A stretch of DNA of 22,066 nt from an uncultured archaeon (GCA_964508365.1 CAZDTP010000057.1:1-22066), one strand, 5' to 3'; counted from the first letter of the stretch, positions 1-8,700 are shown. Notes: generated by a model not told the origin, from the sequence alone. Numbers and translations: made by a program.

Positions 1-259
1 CCAAAGTCGAATTTTTAAAGGAGCAACGGTTGTGAAATGATATTTATGAATGAAATTCGACGACGTTGTCGTCGCAACGACAAAAAACTCCGAAATGTTA
101 CAAATCGACGAAAGATTTATTTGTTCAAGTTATATAATTTACCTCCTACGTAATAAAATTGATCTTTCGATTAAATGTACACTCATCTCAATTCCTAATT
201 AGTTTTATAAAGACGCTATTAATAAGTACAATTAAATAGGATAAGCCTATTATCTAAGT

Positions 260-445
260 ATGAAACCTAAATCGATATTGCAATATATCATACTTGGAGG
301 TCAATTGAGTTTTCTAAGATCTGCTCAGGAAAATTTTAGTGTTCATAGAGATAAAGCTGTTTTACAGAATATTAAACAATTCATTAACAGCATTGAAAAT
401 TCAGAATTTAAAGTAACTCAAAACGCTTTATCAGAGTTTAATTAA
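260..445 (+). pseudogene. N-terminal fragment of a frameshifted HEPN-domain gene (joins 522..1028 across a single extra base near 437-439)
   Basis: Frame from ATG 260 stops at TAA 443-445. The +1 frame is open from 417 and reads ...IKYKETLEKTDENYLISKEEASQLYTI-MDRILL into the 522 ORF. Removing one T from GAG TTT AAT gives GAG TTA ATT AAG and a continuous ~255-aa protein. Confidence 0.7.
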
Positions 446-521
446 GTATAAAGAAACATTAGAAAAAACGGATGAAAATTATCTAATTAGTAAAGAAGAA
501 GCGAGTCAACTTTACACAATT

Positions 522-1028
522 ATGGATAGAATATTGCTCGTTCTAAGAGCTGAAACAAAAAACTATTTCACGTTTTCTATTTCCGAAAAAAGAATTGATA
601 GTAGTAAATTAATTTTCAATGTTGATTTGCTTTTAGCAAAAGATGTATTTAATTCTCTTCCCGATTCAATTCAATACGATTTTAGCGAGGGGGGAAAATG
701 TATTGCTTTCGAATGTGCCACGGCTTCAGCTTTCCATGTGTTAAGAGGAGTTGAAGGGTTATTAAGGCTTCTATTAAAAAAACTTTCACCTTCAGTAGAT
801 GTTTCGAAAATGGTTTGGGGCAAAGTTGTCGAGGAATTAAAAAATCTTAATATCGCAGCTCTTAGTGTTCTATTAGATAATTGTGATAGAATCAGAGATA
901 ATTATAGAAATCCTACTGACCATCCAGAAAAAATATATGATATCGAAAAAGCGCAAGATTTGTTTAACCTATGTGTGGGCGTGGTAAACGATATGGTTGA
1001 TTATATGAAAACCAACAATATTTTGTAA
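522..1028 (+). CDS. HEPN-like domain protein (putative RNase/toxin), C-terminal part of the frameshifted gene 260..1028
   Basis: Helical protein with a ASAFHVLRGVEGLLR helix and a C-terminal RNPTDH (Rx4H) motif, the HEPN catalytic signature. Confidence 0.6.
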   Translation: MDRILLVLRAETKNYFTFSISEKRIDSSKLIFNVDLLLAKDVFNSLPDSIQYDFSEGGKCIAFECATASAFHVLRGVEGLLRLLLKKLSPSVDVSKMVWGKVVEELKNLNIAALSVLLDNCDRIRDNYRNPTDHPEKIYDIEKAQDLFNLCVGVVNDMVDYMKTNNIL

Positions 1029-1109
1029 GAGCAAACCATTTATCTCCTACCATTTTGAATTTTAAAATTTCTTCAATTATAGATTAGAGGAAAAGATTTT
1101 AAACCGCGT

Positions 1110-1274
1110 GATTTTTGAACTCAAAACGCTCGAAAATATCGCGACTCGAAAATACGCTTTCGAGACTCGAAACATCCGCCCTCCTTTTCCGAGACTCGAA
1201 AAAACTCGCCCTATGTATCTTGATATATTATACGAAAGTATGAAAACGCTAAAAAACGCTCAAACTCAAAAATC
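1110..1274. repeat. Array of short palindromic CTCGAAA-type boxes bounded by a 9-bp inverted repeat; possible mobile-element end
   Basis: TTTCGAG-A-CTCGAAA perfect palindrome at 1158-1172, with related boxes at about 1113-1126, 1136-1150 and 1187-1201. About 29-bp imperfect tandem duplication (1160-1188 vs 1189-1217). GATTTTTGA at 1110-1118 and TCAAAAATC at 1266-1274. Confidence 0.6.
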
Positions 1275-1652
1275 CTGTAAAGGTCTATTTTCATGTATAG
1301 AACACGTATTATCCTTCAAAAAATGACAATGTTCGTCGTCTCCAGTAAATTTAAATCCTAAACTTTTAAATGTATAGGTTTTTCCATTCTGTTCTTCAGG
1401 TTCCTTCCAATAAAATGAATCGTCTATAATTTTAAGGTATTTTTTCGCAAATTTCTTTAGTTCCGCTTTGCTTGAGATGTGTAAGAACTCAGTTAACCGC
1501 TCGATATCGTCCTTATAGATATATACTTCCCCCTCTTTGAACCCTCTGCAGCACGAACCACACATTTGACACGAAAATTCAATGCCATTCTCGAGAACTT
1601 TTGACAATTTTATAGCTGACGATGTCAATTTAACGCTAAATCCGTTTTTCAC
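1266..1652 (-). pseudogene. YkgJ family cysteine-cluster (CxxCxxCC) protein, C-terminally truncated
   Basis: FSCQMCGSCC at the N-terminus and C(H)FLKDNTCSIHENRPLQ. The expected RPxxCxxxPF Cys is absent: the sequence becomes DF-stop exactly where the repeat array starts. Confidence 0.7.
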
Positions 1653-1776
1653 TAAAATGTTGATCTAATATGGTAGTGAGTTAAATTAATATTTTAATAT
1701 TAATTCATTGATTATTCTATGAAAGAAGTAAAAACTATTCAAAATTTTGAAAAGAGCTCTGGGTTCTAATATCATC

Positions 1777-4023
1777 ATGAAATTTGATGCATCGAAGTTT
1801 AAGAGTGAATTACATCTTATTAAAGAGTATTTATTAAGTTTAAACATTCAAGAATCTGATAACTATAAAGAATGGTATGTTAATTATGTGAAAATCTATG
1901 GAAAAAAATACACAAATATTGATTTGTATATTATTTACTCATTAGTATACTTAATCTCTCAACTATTTATCGTTAAATTTGTGTTAAATCAAGATCTTAA
2001 TTCGAATCAAGTTAAGATTACCCCTGGCTTTCTTAAATCAATCCCGCGAAAAGTTAAAGAAATATTTAACCTTAATAGCAGTATCGAAGTGCGATTTTTT
2101 TCTCCTGTTATAAATGCGCTTAAAGATTTAGAACTAGAAAAATTCGATAAACTTATCCTTTATATTATAGAGAAAGTGAAATTAACTGATATCCAACCGG
2201 AATATTTTTTTAATGATATTGTTCAAAATATTATACACATTTATATCAGACATAAATCTGGAGAGTTTTATACACCTCCATTTATCGTGAAAAAAATGGT
2301 GAAAGAATCATATATTTTTGGTGAAAAAGTCATTGATCCGTGCTGTGGCTCAGGAAATTTTATTATTGAAATAATTAAAACAATTTTAAGTGCGAGTTAC
2401 ACAAAAAGAGAAAGAATGGAAGCTATTAAAAAATTGCATGGTTATGATATAAACCCAATATCGATCTATTTAACAAAATTAAACCTATTATATTTACTAA
2501 AGGAAGATTTTCATCACCTTGATTCCAATTTTGTAACTACTGACTTTCTGTTTCAGGATAAAGCAGAAATTAAAGAAAAATTTGATTTAGTAATAGGTAA
2601 TCCTCCTTGGTTCACATTAAGAGATATAGAAAGCCGGAATTATCAAGAAAAAATAAAAAAATTAGCTGAAGAACTTGAAATAAAGCCACGTCCCAAAAAT
2701 GTCTTAAATATTGAAATTGCCTCGCTCTTTTTCTATAAAGCTAAAATTTCACTTTTGAAAGACAACGCAAAAATTTTTTTTGTTATTACTAAAGGCGTTA
2801 TAAACGGATCTCACGCAGCCCGATTTCGTAATTTTCAGGGATTTCATAATATAAAACTGTGGAAATTTACAAAACAAATTACTGACATATTCAATATAGA
2901 TTTTATATGCATTTACGCTCAGAAATCAGCAGAAGATCGAGTAAAAAATAATTTAGAAGTACCTTCCTTTCTCTTTTCAGTAAGTTTAAACTGTAAAAAA
3001 TTAGATTACTACGAAAATGTAGAGATTTCCTTGGAAAAAACTGAAGTACTAGTTCCTTATAGTACTGAATTAAAAGGAAATAAATATTATACTAATAAGC
3101 TTGTCACTAAAGAAAAACAACAACAACTTATCCCAATTAAAACCAGTGAATATAAAAAGTTATTCCATAAAGGAGCAGATTTAAATCCAAGAAATTTAAT
3201 CTTCTTTAAAAAAAGAATTCGAAACGATTCTCTCATAATAATAAATCCTGACCAGAGAATTTTCAAGAGAGCTAAAGAACCTTGGGATAAAATGGAATTC
3301 TCTAACGAGATTATTGAGAAAGATTACATGTTTAAAGCAATAAAGAGTACTGAATTGGTGAAGTTTCATGTGTATGACTTCTATAATGTCTTCTTACCTT
3401 TAAAAAGAGAAAACCTAAGCTTTGATTATCATTCTTTGAAAACACACGCTAAAAAATTTTACGATAAAATTAATAAGATTTATTTAAACAACAAAAAGGA
3501 TTCAACTATGAACGAATCACTGATGGATAACCTAAACCGGTGGTCTAAATTAATAAATGCTCGTCAAATAGCTAAAATAAAAGTAGTTTATAATAATTCG
3601 GGATCAGTTGTTAACTCCGCAGTCGTGCAAGGAGATTTTCTTATTACGGGAGATTTAAGCTTTTATTCAACTAATAATATGAACGAAGCGTATTACTTAT
3701 CTGCAATTCTAAATTCACCTTTAATGACAAGACAAGTTCAGATAAAGAAGAGTTCAAGGCATATTTTTAAAATCCCCTTTGAAATACCAATAAAAATTTA
3801 TAACGAGAATAACCAAAATCACAAAAGACTTGCTGAATTAGCAAAGAAAGCTCACAAAATATCTGAAACCTCTACTCTCGAACTGAAAAAGAGAAACAAT
3901 CATATTATATCAAAAAATAAAATCCAATCAATTCTTAGTAAGGATTTAGCACCAATTTTGAATGAAATCGATGAAATTTTAACTTATGATTTGAAAAATC
4001 AACTAAATGTGGATATAATGTAA
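1777..4023 (+). CDS. N6-adenine DNA methyltransferase (N-6 DNA methylase / Eco57I-like, with fused C-terminal target-recognition region)
   Basis: GEFYTP, motif I DPCCGSGNF, motif IV DLVIGNPPW, and a C-terminal YYLSAILNS block. ATG at 1777 preferred; upstream TTG at 1747 possible. Confidence 0.85.
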   Translation: MKFDASKFKSELHLIKEYLLSLNIQESDNYKEWYVNYVKIYGKKYTNIDLYIIYSLVYLISQLFIVKFVLNQDLNSNQVKITPGFLKSIPRKVKEIFNLNSSIEVRFFSPVINALKDLELEKFDKLILYIIEKVKLTDIQPEYFFNDIVQNIIHIYIRHKSGEFYTPPFIVKKMVKESYIFGEKVIDPCCGSGNFIIEIIKTILSASYTKRERMEAIKKLHGYDINPISIYLTKLNLLYLLKEDFHHLDSNFVTTDFLFQDKAEIKEKFDLVIGNPPWFTLRDIESRNYQEKIKKLAEELEIKPRPKNVLNIEIASLFFYKAKISLLKDNAKIFFVITKGVINGSHAARFRNFQGFHNIKLWKFTKQITDIFNIDFICIYAQKSAEDRVKNNLEVPSFLFSVSLNCKKLDYYENVEISLEKTEVLVPYSTELKGNKYYTNKLVTKEKQQQLIPIKTSEYKKLFHKGADLNPRNLIFFKKRIRNDSLIIINPDQRIFKRAKEPWDKMEFSNEIIEKDYMFKAIKSTELVKFHVYDFYNVFLPLKRENLSFDYHSLKTHAKKFYDKINKIYLNNKKDSTMNESLMDNLNRWSKLINARQIAKIKVVYNNSGSVVNSAVVQGDFLITGDLSFYSTNNMNEAYYLSAILNSPLMTRQVQIKKSSRHIFKIPFEIPIKIYNENNQNHKRLAELAKKAHKISETSTLELKKRNNHIISKNKIQSILSKDLAPILNEIDEILTYDLKNQLNVDIM

Positions 4024-4097
4024 TAAAATAAAAGGACATATTTGCATTATTAATAATAAATAGATAATAGAATAATTTTTTAAACACAAAATACAAA

Positions 4098-4619
4098 ATG
4101 AAGAACTTCGTTTTTAAGATACTCGTAGGCGGCAACGGTGCAGTAGGCAAAACCACACTACTCAGAAAATTTGTGGATGGTAACTTCGACGCTTCTAGCA
4201 TAGCAACTGTGGGAGTCGATTTCTTCATTAAACAGGTAATATATGAAAATATTGGAAATTGTACGCTTCAAATCTGGGATTTGGGAGGTCAGGAACGTTT
4301 TCGGCAATTATTAGAAAGCTTTATCATGGGAGCAAAAGGAGCGCTTCTGCTTTTTGATCTTACAAGGGTGCCAAAAATTGACCACATTTTAAATTGGGTA
4401 AATATAGTTAGAATGCACGATTTAGATCTTCCGATTATACTTGTCGGAACAAAACTTGACTTGGATGAATTTATTGCTGTTGATGATGAATCAGCAATAA
4501 GTATAAAGAATATGTTTAATATGATTGACTATATAAAGACTTCTTCTAAAACGGGAACTAATATCGAAAAAGTCTTTGATGTGATGGTCCAAGAATTGAT
4601 GAAAAATATTAAATATTAG
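4098..4619 (+). CDS. Rab-like small GTPase (Ras superfamily, Asgard type)
   Basis: G1 GNGAVGKT, G2 TVGVDF, G3 WDLGGQERF, G4 TKLD, G5 TSSKTG. No C-terminal prenylation cysteine. Confidence 0.92.
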   Translation: MKNFVFKILVGGNGAVGKTTLLRKFVDGNFDASSIATVGVDFFIKQVIYENIGNCTLQIWDLGGQERFRQLLESFIMGAKGALLLFDLTRVPKIDHILNWVNIVRMHDLDLPIILVGTKLDLDEFIAVDDESAISIKNMFNMIDYIKTSSKTGTNIEKVFDVMVQELMKNIKY

Positions 4620-4661
4620 AATTAAAGTTAACCTAATCAATTTTTATTTTTGAACTGAACT

Positions 4662-5462
4662 ATGAATGACGAATTAGTGATTTTAGGCTCTGGAGGTGGA
4701 CGATACCACATTAGAACGCAATATAGGGCTACAGGGGGTATTCTTTATAAATTCAACGGAACTCAAGCTCATATTGATCCCGGACCAGGTGCCATAGTTC
4801 GAATAAATCAATACAAAGAAGACCCTACGAAGACAGAGCTTTTTATTGTTACCCACATGCATATTGATCATTTTAACGATTTATGCGCTGTTATTGAAGC
4901 ATCGAGAGAACAGCTCCACGATAGAAACTATAATTATTTAAAAAAAGGTACTCTAATAACAACCGAAGAAGTGTTAACTTTTGTCCCAAAATACCACCGA
5001 AACATGCTAGAAACGATAATTCCCTTTAAACGGGGCGATAAAGTAGATTTTAAAGGAGTTGAAATATTTGGTACTAAAGTTGTTCACTCAAAAGTTGAGG
5101 GTTTTGGAGTTAGATTCAAGCTAGAGGATTATTCGATCGCATTTTCCAGTGATACAAAAGTTTTTGACGGATTTTCGGAGCAATTCTCTGGTGTGGATAT
5201 ATTGGTGTTAAATTTACTGAGACCTGACTCTATCCAATGTCGACGACATGTTTGCACAGACGAGGTGATCCCATATTTAAATAAAATAACTCCTCCGCTA
5301 AAAGGCTTGTTAATTACTCATTTTGGAAGCTACATGGACAGTTCTTTTTCCCCAAAAAATTATATACCAAGCCAATTGGTGAAACTGCGAGAAGAGACCA
5401 ATATTAAAAATATAGTTGCCGCAGAAGATGGTTCTAAAATTAAAATTTCGGATTTTTTGTGA
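4662..5462 (+). CDS. MBL-fold metallo-hydrolase (PhnP/RNase Z-like superfamily)
   Basis: N-terminal ILGSGGG, IDPGPG, THMHIDH (HxHxDH), later VHS, SSDT and ITHF metal-ligand motifs. Confidence 0.85.
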   Translation: MNDELVILGSGGGRYHIRTQYRATGGILYKFNGTQAHIDPGPGAIVRINQYKEDPTKTELFIVTHMHIDHFNDLCAVIEASREQLHDRNYNYLKKGTLITTEEVLTFVPKYHRNMLETIIPFKRGDKVDFKGVEIFGTKVVHSKVEGFGVRFKLEDYSIAFSSDTKVFDGFSEQFSGVDILVLNLLRPDSIQCRRHVCTDEVIPYLNKITPPLKGLLITHFGSYMDSSFSPKNYIPSQLVKLREETNIKNIVAAEDGSKIKISDFL

Positions 5463-5589
5463 AATTCGTTACTAATATTAGTACACTTTTAATTTATAAA
5501 GCGATTATTTTAAAAATATATGATTCTATTTATTATTAAGAAGGGAAATTTAACACGAAAATTTGAGCTAACATTGGATTTCGCCCTCT

Positions 5590-5610
5590 ATTAAACTCAA
5601 TGAGTTTAAT
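5590..5610. repeat. Perfect 21-bp palindrome (10-bp arms) between convergent genes
   Basis: ATTAAACTCA-A-TGAGTTTAAT. Confidence 0.6.
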
Positions 5611-5778
5611 CCTCTCCCTATTTAATAACTTTTGCTCAAATATGTCGTTCCCTTCCTTTCTCTTCTCTGTTATAACTGAATGTGATTATCAAAGCTAAAT
5701 TGGATTTTTACTCTTTGGTTTGAGCTAAATCAAGAAAAAGAGGAAACTTTTCAAGAAAAAAGATGAAAAAATTGATTA

Positions 5779-7203
5779 TTAATTTGAGATTTTAGATTCT
5801 TTTTTTTCAGATAAAGATTGAAGATACTCTTTCTCCTTCTCTTCATGAAGTTCCATGATATACCTTTTTTTATCTAGCCATTCTGGTCCATCCAAGGGAT
5901 ACAATTTTAATCCTAAAGCTGTTAAAGCTAGAAGTAAAGCCGGAATAATACAAAATGCGAATAGAAGCCCGATTAACGCCATGTCTGTTTGTGGATGGAT
6001 AACACCAGTAGGAGCTTCAAACCCAAAAGCAGCAATGACTGTGAGGTATATAAAATTAGCTATGGATATAGCTGGTTTTGTAACGATTGCGTTAACACCT
6101 CCATAGATTGCCTCTCTACGCTTTCCAGTGATGATTTCGTCGTTATCAATCGCATCTCCCATTAGTACGGGATTTGCAACCATACCTCCCGCATATCCAA
6201 TTCCAATAATTAAAAAGGGAATTGCTGCAAATATAGCGTTACTTCCAAGAAAGAACAGGATGGTAAATCCTACAGCAGCTAACAACATATTTATGATCAT
6301 TATCTTCTTTGGTTGCCAAGTTGTTATTTTTTTTAGGTTCAGGATCATTCCCAAAACGATCCCGAATATTATTGCTAATAAGACAAAGATCGGAGTTTGT
6401 CCGGCAATATTATAGCTGATATAATAAAGAATTCCTGTTGAAAAGATAGGGAAGATAATTCCAAGTAGAAAAGCCGGTATCATCAATATCCAGAAGGGTT
6501 TATTCTTTAGTGTTAATCTCAATCCTTCTATAAAACCTTCGTGATCTTGGAGTTGAGCAAACATGTTTTCTTTAATCCCAAAAGATGATACAAATAATAT
6601 TAAAGAACTTCCTAAACCAATAATTATCATGGCTGGAACGAAAAACGGATGAGTCTCCTCAGGTCCTGTAAGCAGGATTATCGGTATTACTAATCCGAGA
6701 ACTAAATTAATAAACCCTACAACGGCACTGTATACCCCTAAACTAGCTCGTTGTTTAGCGGTTATAGCAATTTCGTTAGGAAGCGAAAAGTAACACACTC
6801 CAACGATAGTAAACATTGTATCAAGCAGAAACAGCGCTGCCAGAAAGTTAATAAAAAGACCAATTTCGTTATCTAACGGCGATATCGGAAACCAACAAAA
6901 GATGAACGCTAAACCATAGAAAATTGAACCATAACGAATATAAGGGATTCTTCTGCCTATCTTCGTCCTGGTATTATCAACAATGTAGGACACAATTGGA
7001 TCGTTTGCTGTATTCCAAATCGCAAAAATTAACCAACCAATCGCTAATAAGCCAGCATCGGCTCCAAGTTTGACTTGGTAAAAAAAAGTAAGATTACCAA
7101 ACACAAGTCCGTTCAACAAGCTATTTGCCAAGCCTCCAATGCTGTAACTTAGTTTTGATTTGACTGAAACATATTCTTCTGGTATTTCAATATTGTCACT
7201 CAT
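5779..7203 (-). CDS. MFS transporter, glycoside-pentoside-hexuronide (MelB/MFS_2-like) family
   Basis: About 12 hydrophobic helices, WNTANDPIVSYIVDNTRTKIGRRIPY and MGDAIDNDEIITGKRREAIYGG motifs typical of GPH symporters. Confidence 0.88.
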   Translation of the reverse strand: MSDNIEIPEEYVSVKSKLSYSIGGLANSLLNGLVFGNLTFFYQVKLGADAGLLAIGWLIFAIWNTANDPIVSYIVDNTRTKIGRRIPYIRYGSIFYGLAFIFCWFPISPLDNEIGLFINFLAALFLLDTMFTIVGVCYFSLPNEIAITAKQRASLGVYSAVVGFINLVLGLVIPIILLTGPEETHPFFVPAMIIIGLGSSLILFVSSFGIKENMFAQLQDHEGFIEGLRLTLKNKPFWILMIPAFLLGIIFPIFSTGILYYISYNIAGQTPIFVLLAIIFGIVLGMILNLKKITTWQPKKIMIINMLLAAVGFTILFFLGSNAIFAAIPFLIIGIGYAGGMVANPVLMGDAIDNDEIITGKRREAIYGGVNAIVTKPAISIANFIYLTVIAAFGFEAPTGVIHPQTDMALIGLLFAFCIIPALLLALTALGLKLYPLDGPEWLDKKRYIMELHEEKEKEYLQSLSEKKESKISN

Positions 7204-7322
7204 AATTAATATTCATTAAAGTGTTATTTAATACTTCTACTTTAAACCCTAAGTGAGGACTACTTGCTCTTTTATGATTAAAAAACACGATAAAGAATTT
7301 TTACTACAGAATAAAAAGAGAA

Positions 7323-7475
7323 TTATTCTAAGGGAATCCAATGTCTACAAACAATACATTGAAGAATTCTTTCTAATTTTCTAGGATTAGCATCAGAGGT
7401 TCTCCTAAGTACTCTATTTACCATAACATTTCCACATTTTTCGCAAATTCTTAAACTCTCAGTTGTTACTTTCAC
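7323..7475 (-). CDS. Small C2C2 zinc-ribbon protein (50 aa), absent from the ORF track
   Basis: GTG start at 7475 gives MKVTTESLRICEKCGNVMVNRVLRRTSDANPRKLERILQCIVCRHWIPLE-TAA, with two CxxC pairs (CEKC, CIVC). Confidence 0.72.
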   Translation of the reverse strand: MKVTTESLRICEKCGNVMVNRVLRRTSDANPRKLERILQCIVCRHWIPLE

Positions 7476-7685
7476 TGTTTTCCACTATCGTCACTCTAAA
7501 AGAATTTTGAGAGAACTCCAAACTTCTCAGTAATATATTCTTACTCAAAAAAATTACAAACGGGAATTTTGTTAAAATAATAGGGTAATGGTTAATAAAT
7601 TTATTTTAAAATAAAGTAGCTGATTCTTTTAACTTAAAATTTCTCTTAGGGATTACTCTTGAAGTAATTTTAGTTGAAACGCTCG

Positions 7686-8567
7686 TTAATCTTTTTCAAC
7701 AATATTAATCTCACTTTTTTTCAGTACTGTAATTAAGATTGCAATAAAAATTAACGCACAGCCTAACCAACCCAACCATGTCATAGTTTCATCACCAATG
7801 ATGAAAGACGCAAAGATTACCGCAAAAACTGGTTCCAAAGTAAAAATAATAGCCGTTTGAGTTGGTCCTTGGTGCTGTTGGCTCCAATTTTGAAAAAGAA
7901 AAGTTCCGGTAGTAACTGCTAAACCCATATAAATAAATATTAACCAAAAGGGCAAACTAACATTCCATAGATCGTAAGTTTCATTAAGCAAAAACGAGCC
8001 CCCAAAACTAAGAACACTAATCACAATTAATTGAACCGTGGAATACAAATATACATCTACTATTCGAACATATTTATCGTTTAACACAATAAAAAGGGCG
8101 TATAACACAGCACATAGAAGGACTAAAAAATCTCCTATGATGATACTTGACTCTCCTTCTAACAACAGAAATACCATTCCACTTATAGAAATGATTACGG
8201 CGAGCCATACTCTCTTCTTTATGGCTTTTCTAAATCCTAACCAAGTGATAAAAGGCACCATAATTGTACTTAGCCCCGTAATAAAAGCAGCCTTACCAGC
8301 TGTAGTTGTTTGAATACCGAGAGTTTGAAAAACGATGGCAATGTAATACATTAATCCCGTCAAGGTTCCAAATAAAAGAATTTTTTTATTCATTCGTTTT
8401 ATACGAATCAAATAGGGAATAAATCCAATAATAGCAATTGAAAACCTTATTCCGAGGTATAGAAAAATAGGGACATTTTGCGTAAGAGTTTTAGTAATTA
8501 TAAAACTAGTTCCCCATAAAACTGCAGTCGAAATTAGAAGAATATTTGCTAAAAGTTTTTGATTCAA
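7686..8567 (-). CDS. EamA/DMT family transporter
   Basis: Ten TM segments, LWGTSF, GLSTIMVPF, GDFLVLLCAVLYA and LEPVFA motifs. Likely TTG start at 8567 after GGAG; the track start at 8624 lies in the promoter region. Confidence 0.88.
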   Translation of the reverse strand: MNQKLLANILLISTAVLWGTSFIITKTLTQNVPIFLYLGIRFSIAIIGFIPYLIRIKRMNKKILLFGTLTGLMYYIAIVFQTLGIQTTTAGKAAFITGLSTIMVPFITWLGFRKAIKKRVWLAVIISISGMVFLLLEGESSIIIGDFLVLLCAVLYALFIVLNDKYVRIVDVYLYSTVQLIVISVLSFGGSFLLNETYDLWNVSLPFWLIFIYMGLAVTTGTFLFQNWSQQHQGPTQTAIIFTLEPVFAVIFASFIIGDETMTWLGWLGCALIFIAILITVLKKSEINIVEKD

Positions 8568-8596
8568 TTTGCTTCTCCAAAATATATTTTTTAAAT

Positions 8597-8604
8597 TATA
8601 TAAA
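8597..8604 (-). promoter_or_regulatory. Putative archaeal TATA box of the EamA gene
   Basis: TTTATATA on the minus strand, preceded by A-rich CAAAAC, about 30 nt upstream of the TTG at 8567. Confidence 0.4.
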
Positions 8605-8693
8605 GTTTTGAGTTCGAAAGTCAAAAAAAATTAAAAATCCTACCTATAAATAATATTTTACTTGAATTATTACATTGTATTTAAGAATTAATA

Positions 8694-8700
8694 AAGTTAA
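8694..8700 (+). repeat. Left target-site duplication of the IS (AAGTTAA)
   Basis: Identical 7-mer directly flanks both CAGTA...TACTG ends. Confidence 0.7.

Noticed and set aside
1110-1217. CRISPR array
   Set aside because: Boxes are about 15 bp with 7-14 bp irregular gaps, there are no 30-40 bp unique spacers, and no cas genes are present.
1108-1326. 72-aa + strand ORF
   Set aside because: It runs through the palindrome array and antisense to ykgJ. Its repetitive peptide simply reflects the DNA repeats.
260-4023. HEPN plus MTase as one defence system
   Set aside because: They are separated by the truncated ykgJ gene and the putative element boundary, so they probably have different origins.
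3935-4871. Minus-strand ORFs 3935..4228 and 4683..4871
   Set aside because: Antisense shadows of the well-supported GTPase and MBL genes.
5533-5682. About 46-codon open minus-strand frame in the convergent gap
   Set aside because: No start codon until the last 12 codons and no recognisable homology.
5855-8313. Plus-strand ORFs 5855..6106, 6128..6415 and 8038..8313
   Set aside because: Antisense to the MFS and EamA genes, with no independent motifs.
8602-8624. 17/19 match between 1109-1127 (+) and the EamA promoter region (-): TGA[T/C]TTT[T/C]GAACTCAAAAC
   Set aside because: A rough estimate suggests many such matches are expected by chance in 22 kb of AT-rich DNA.
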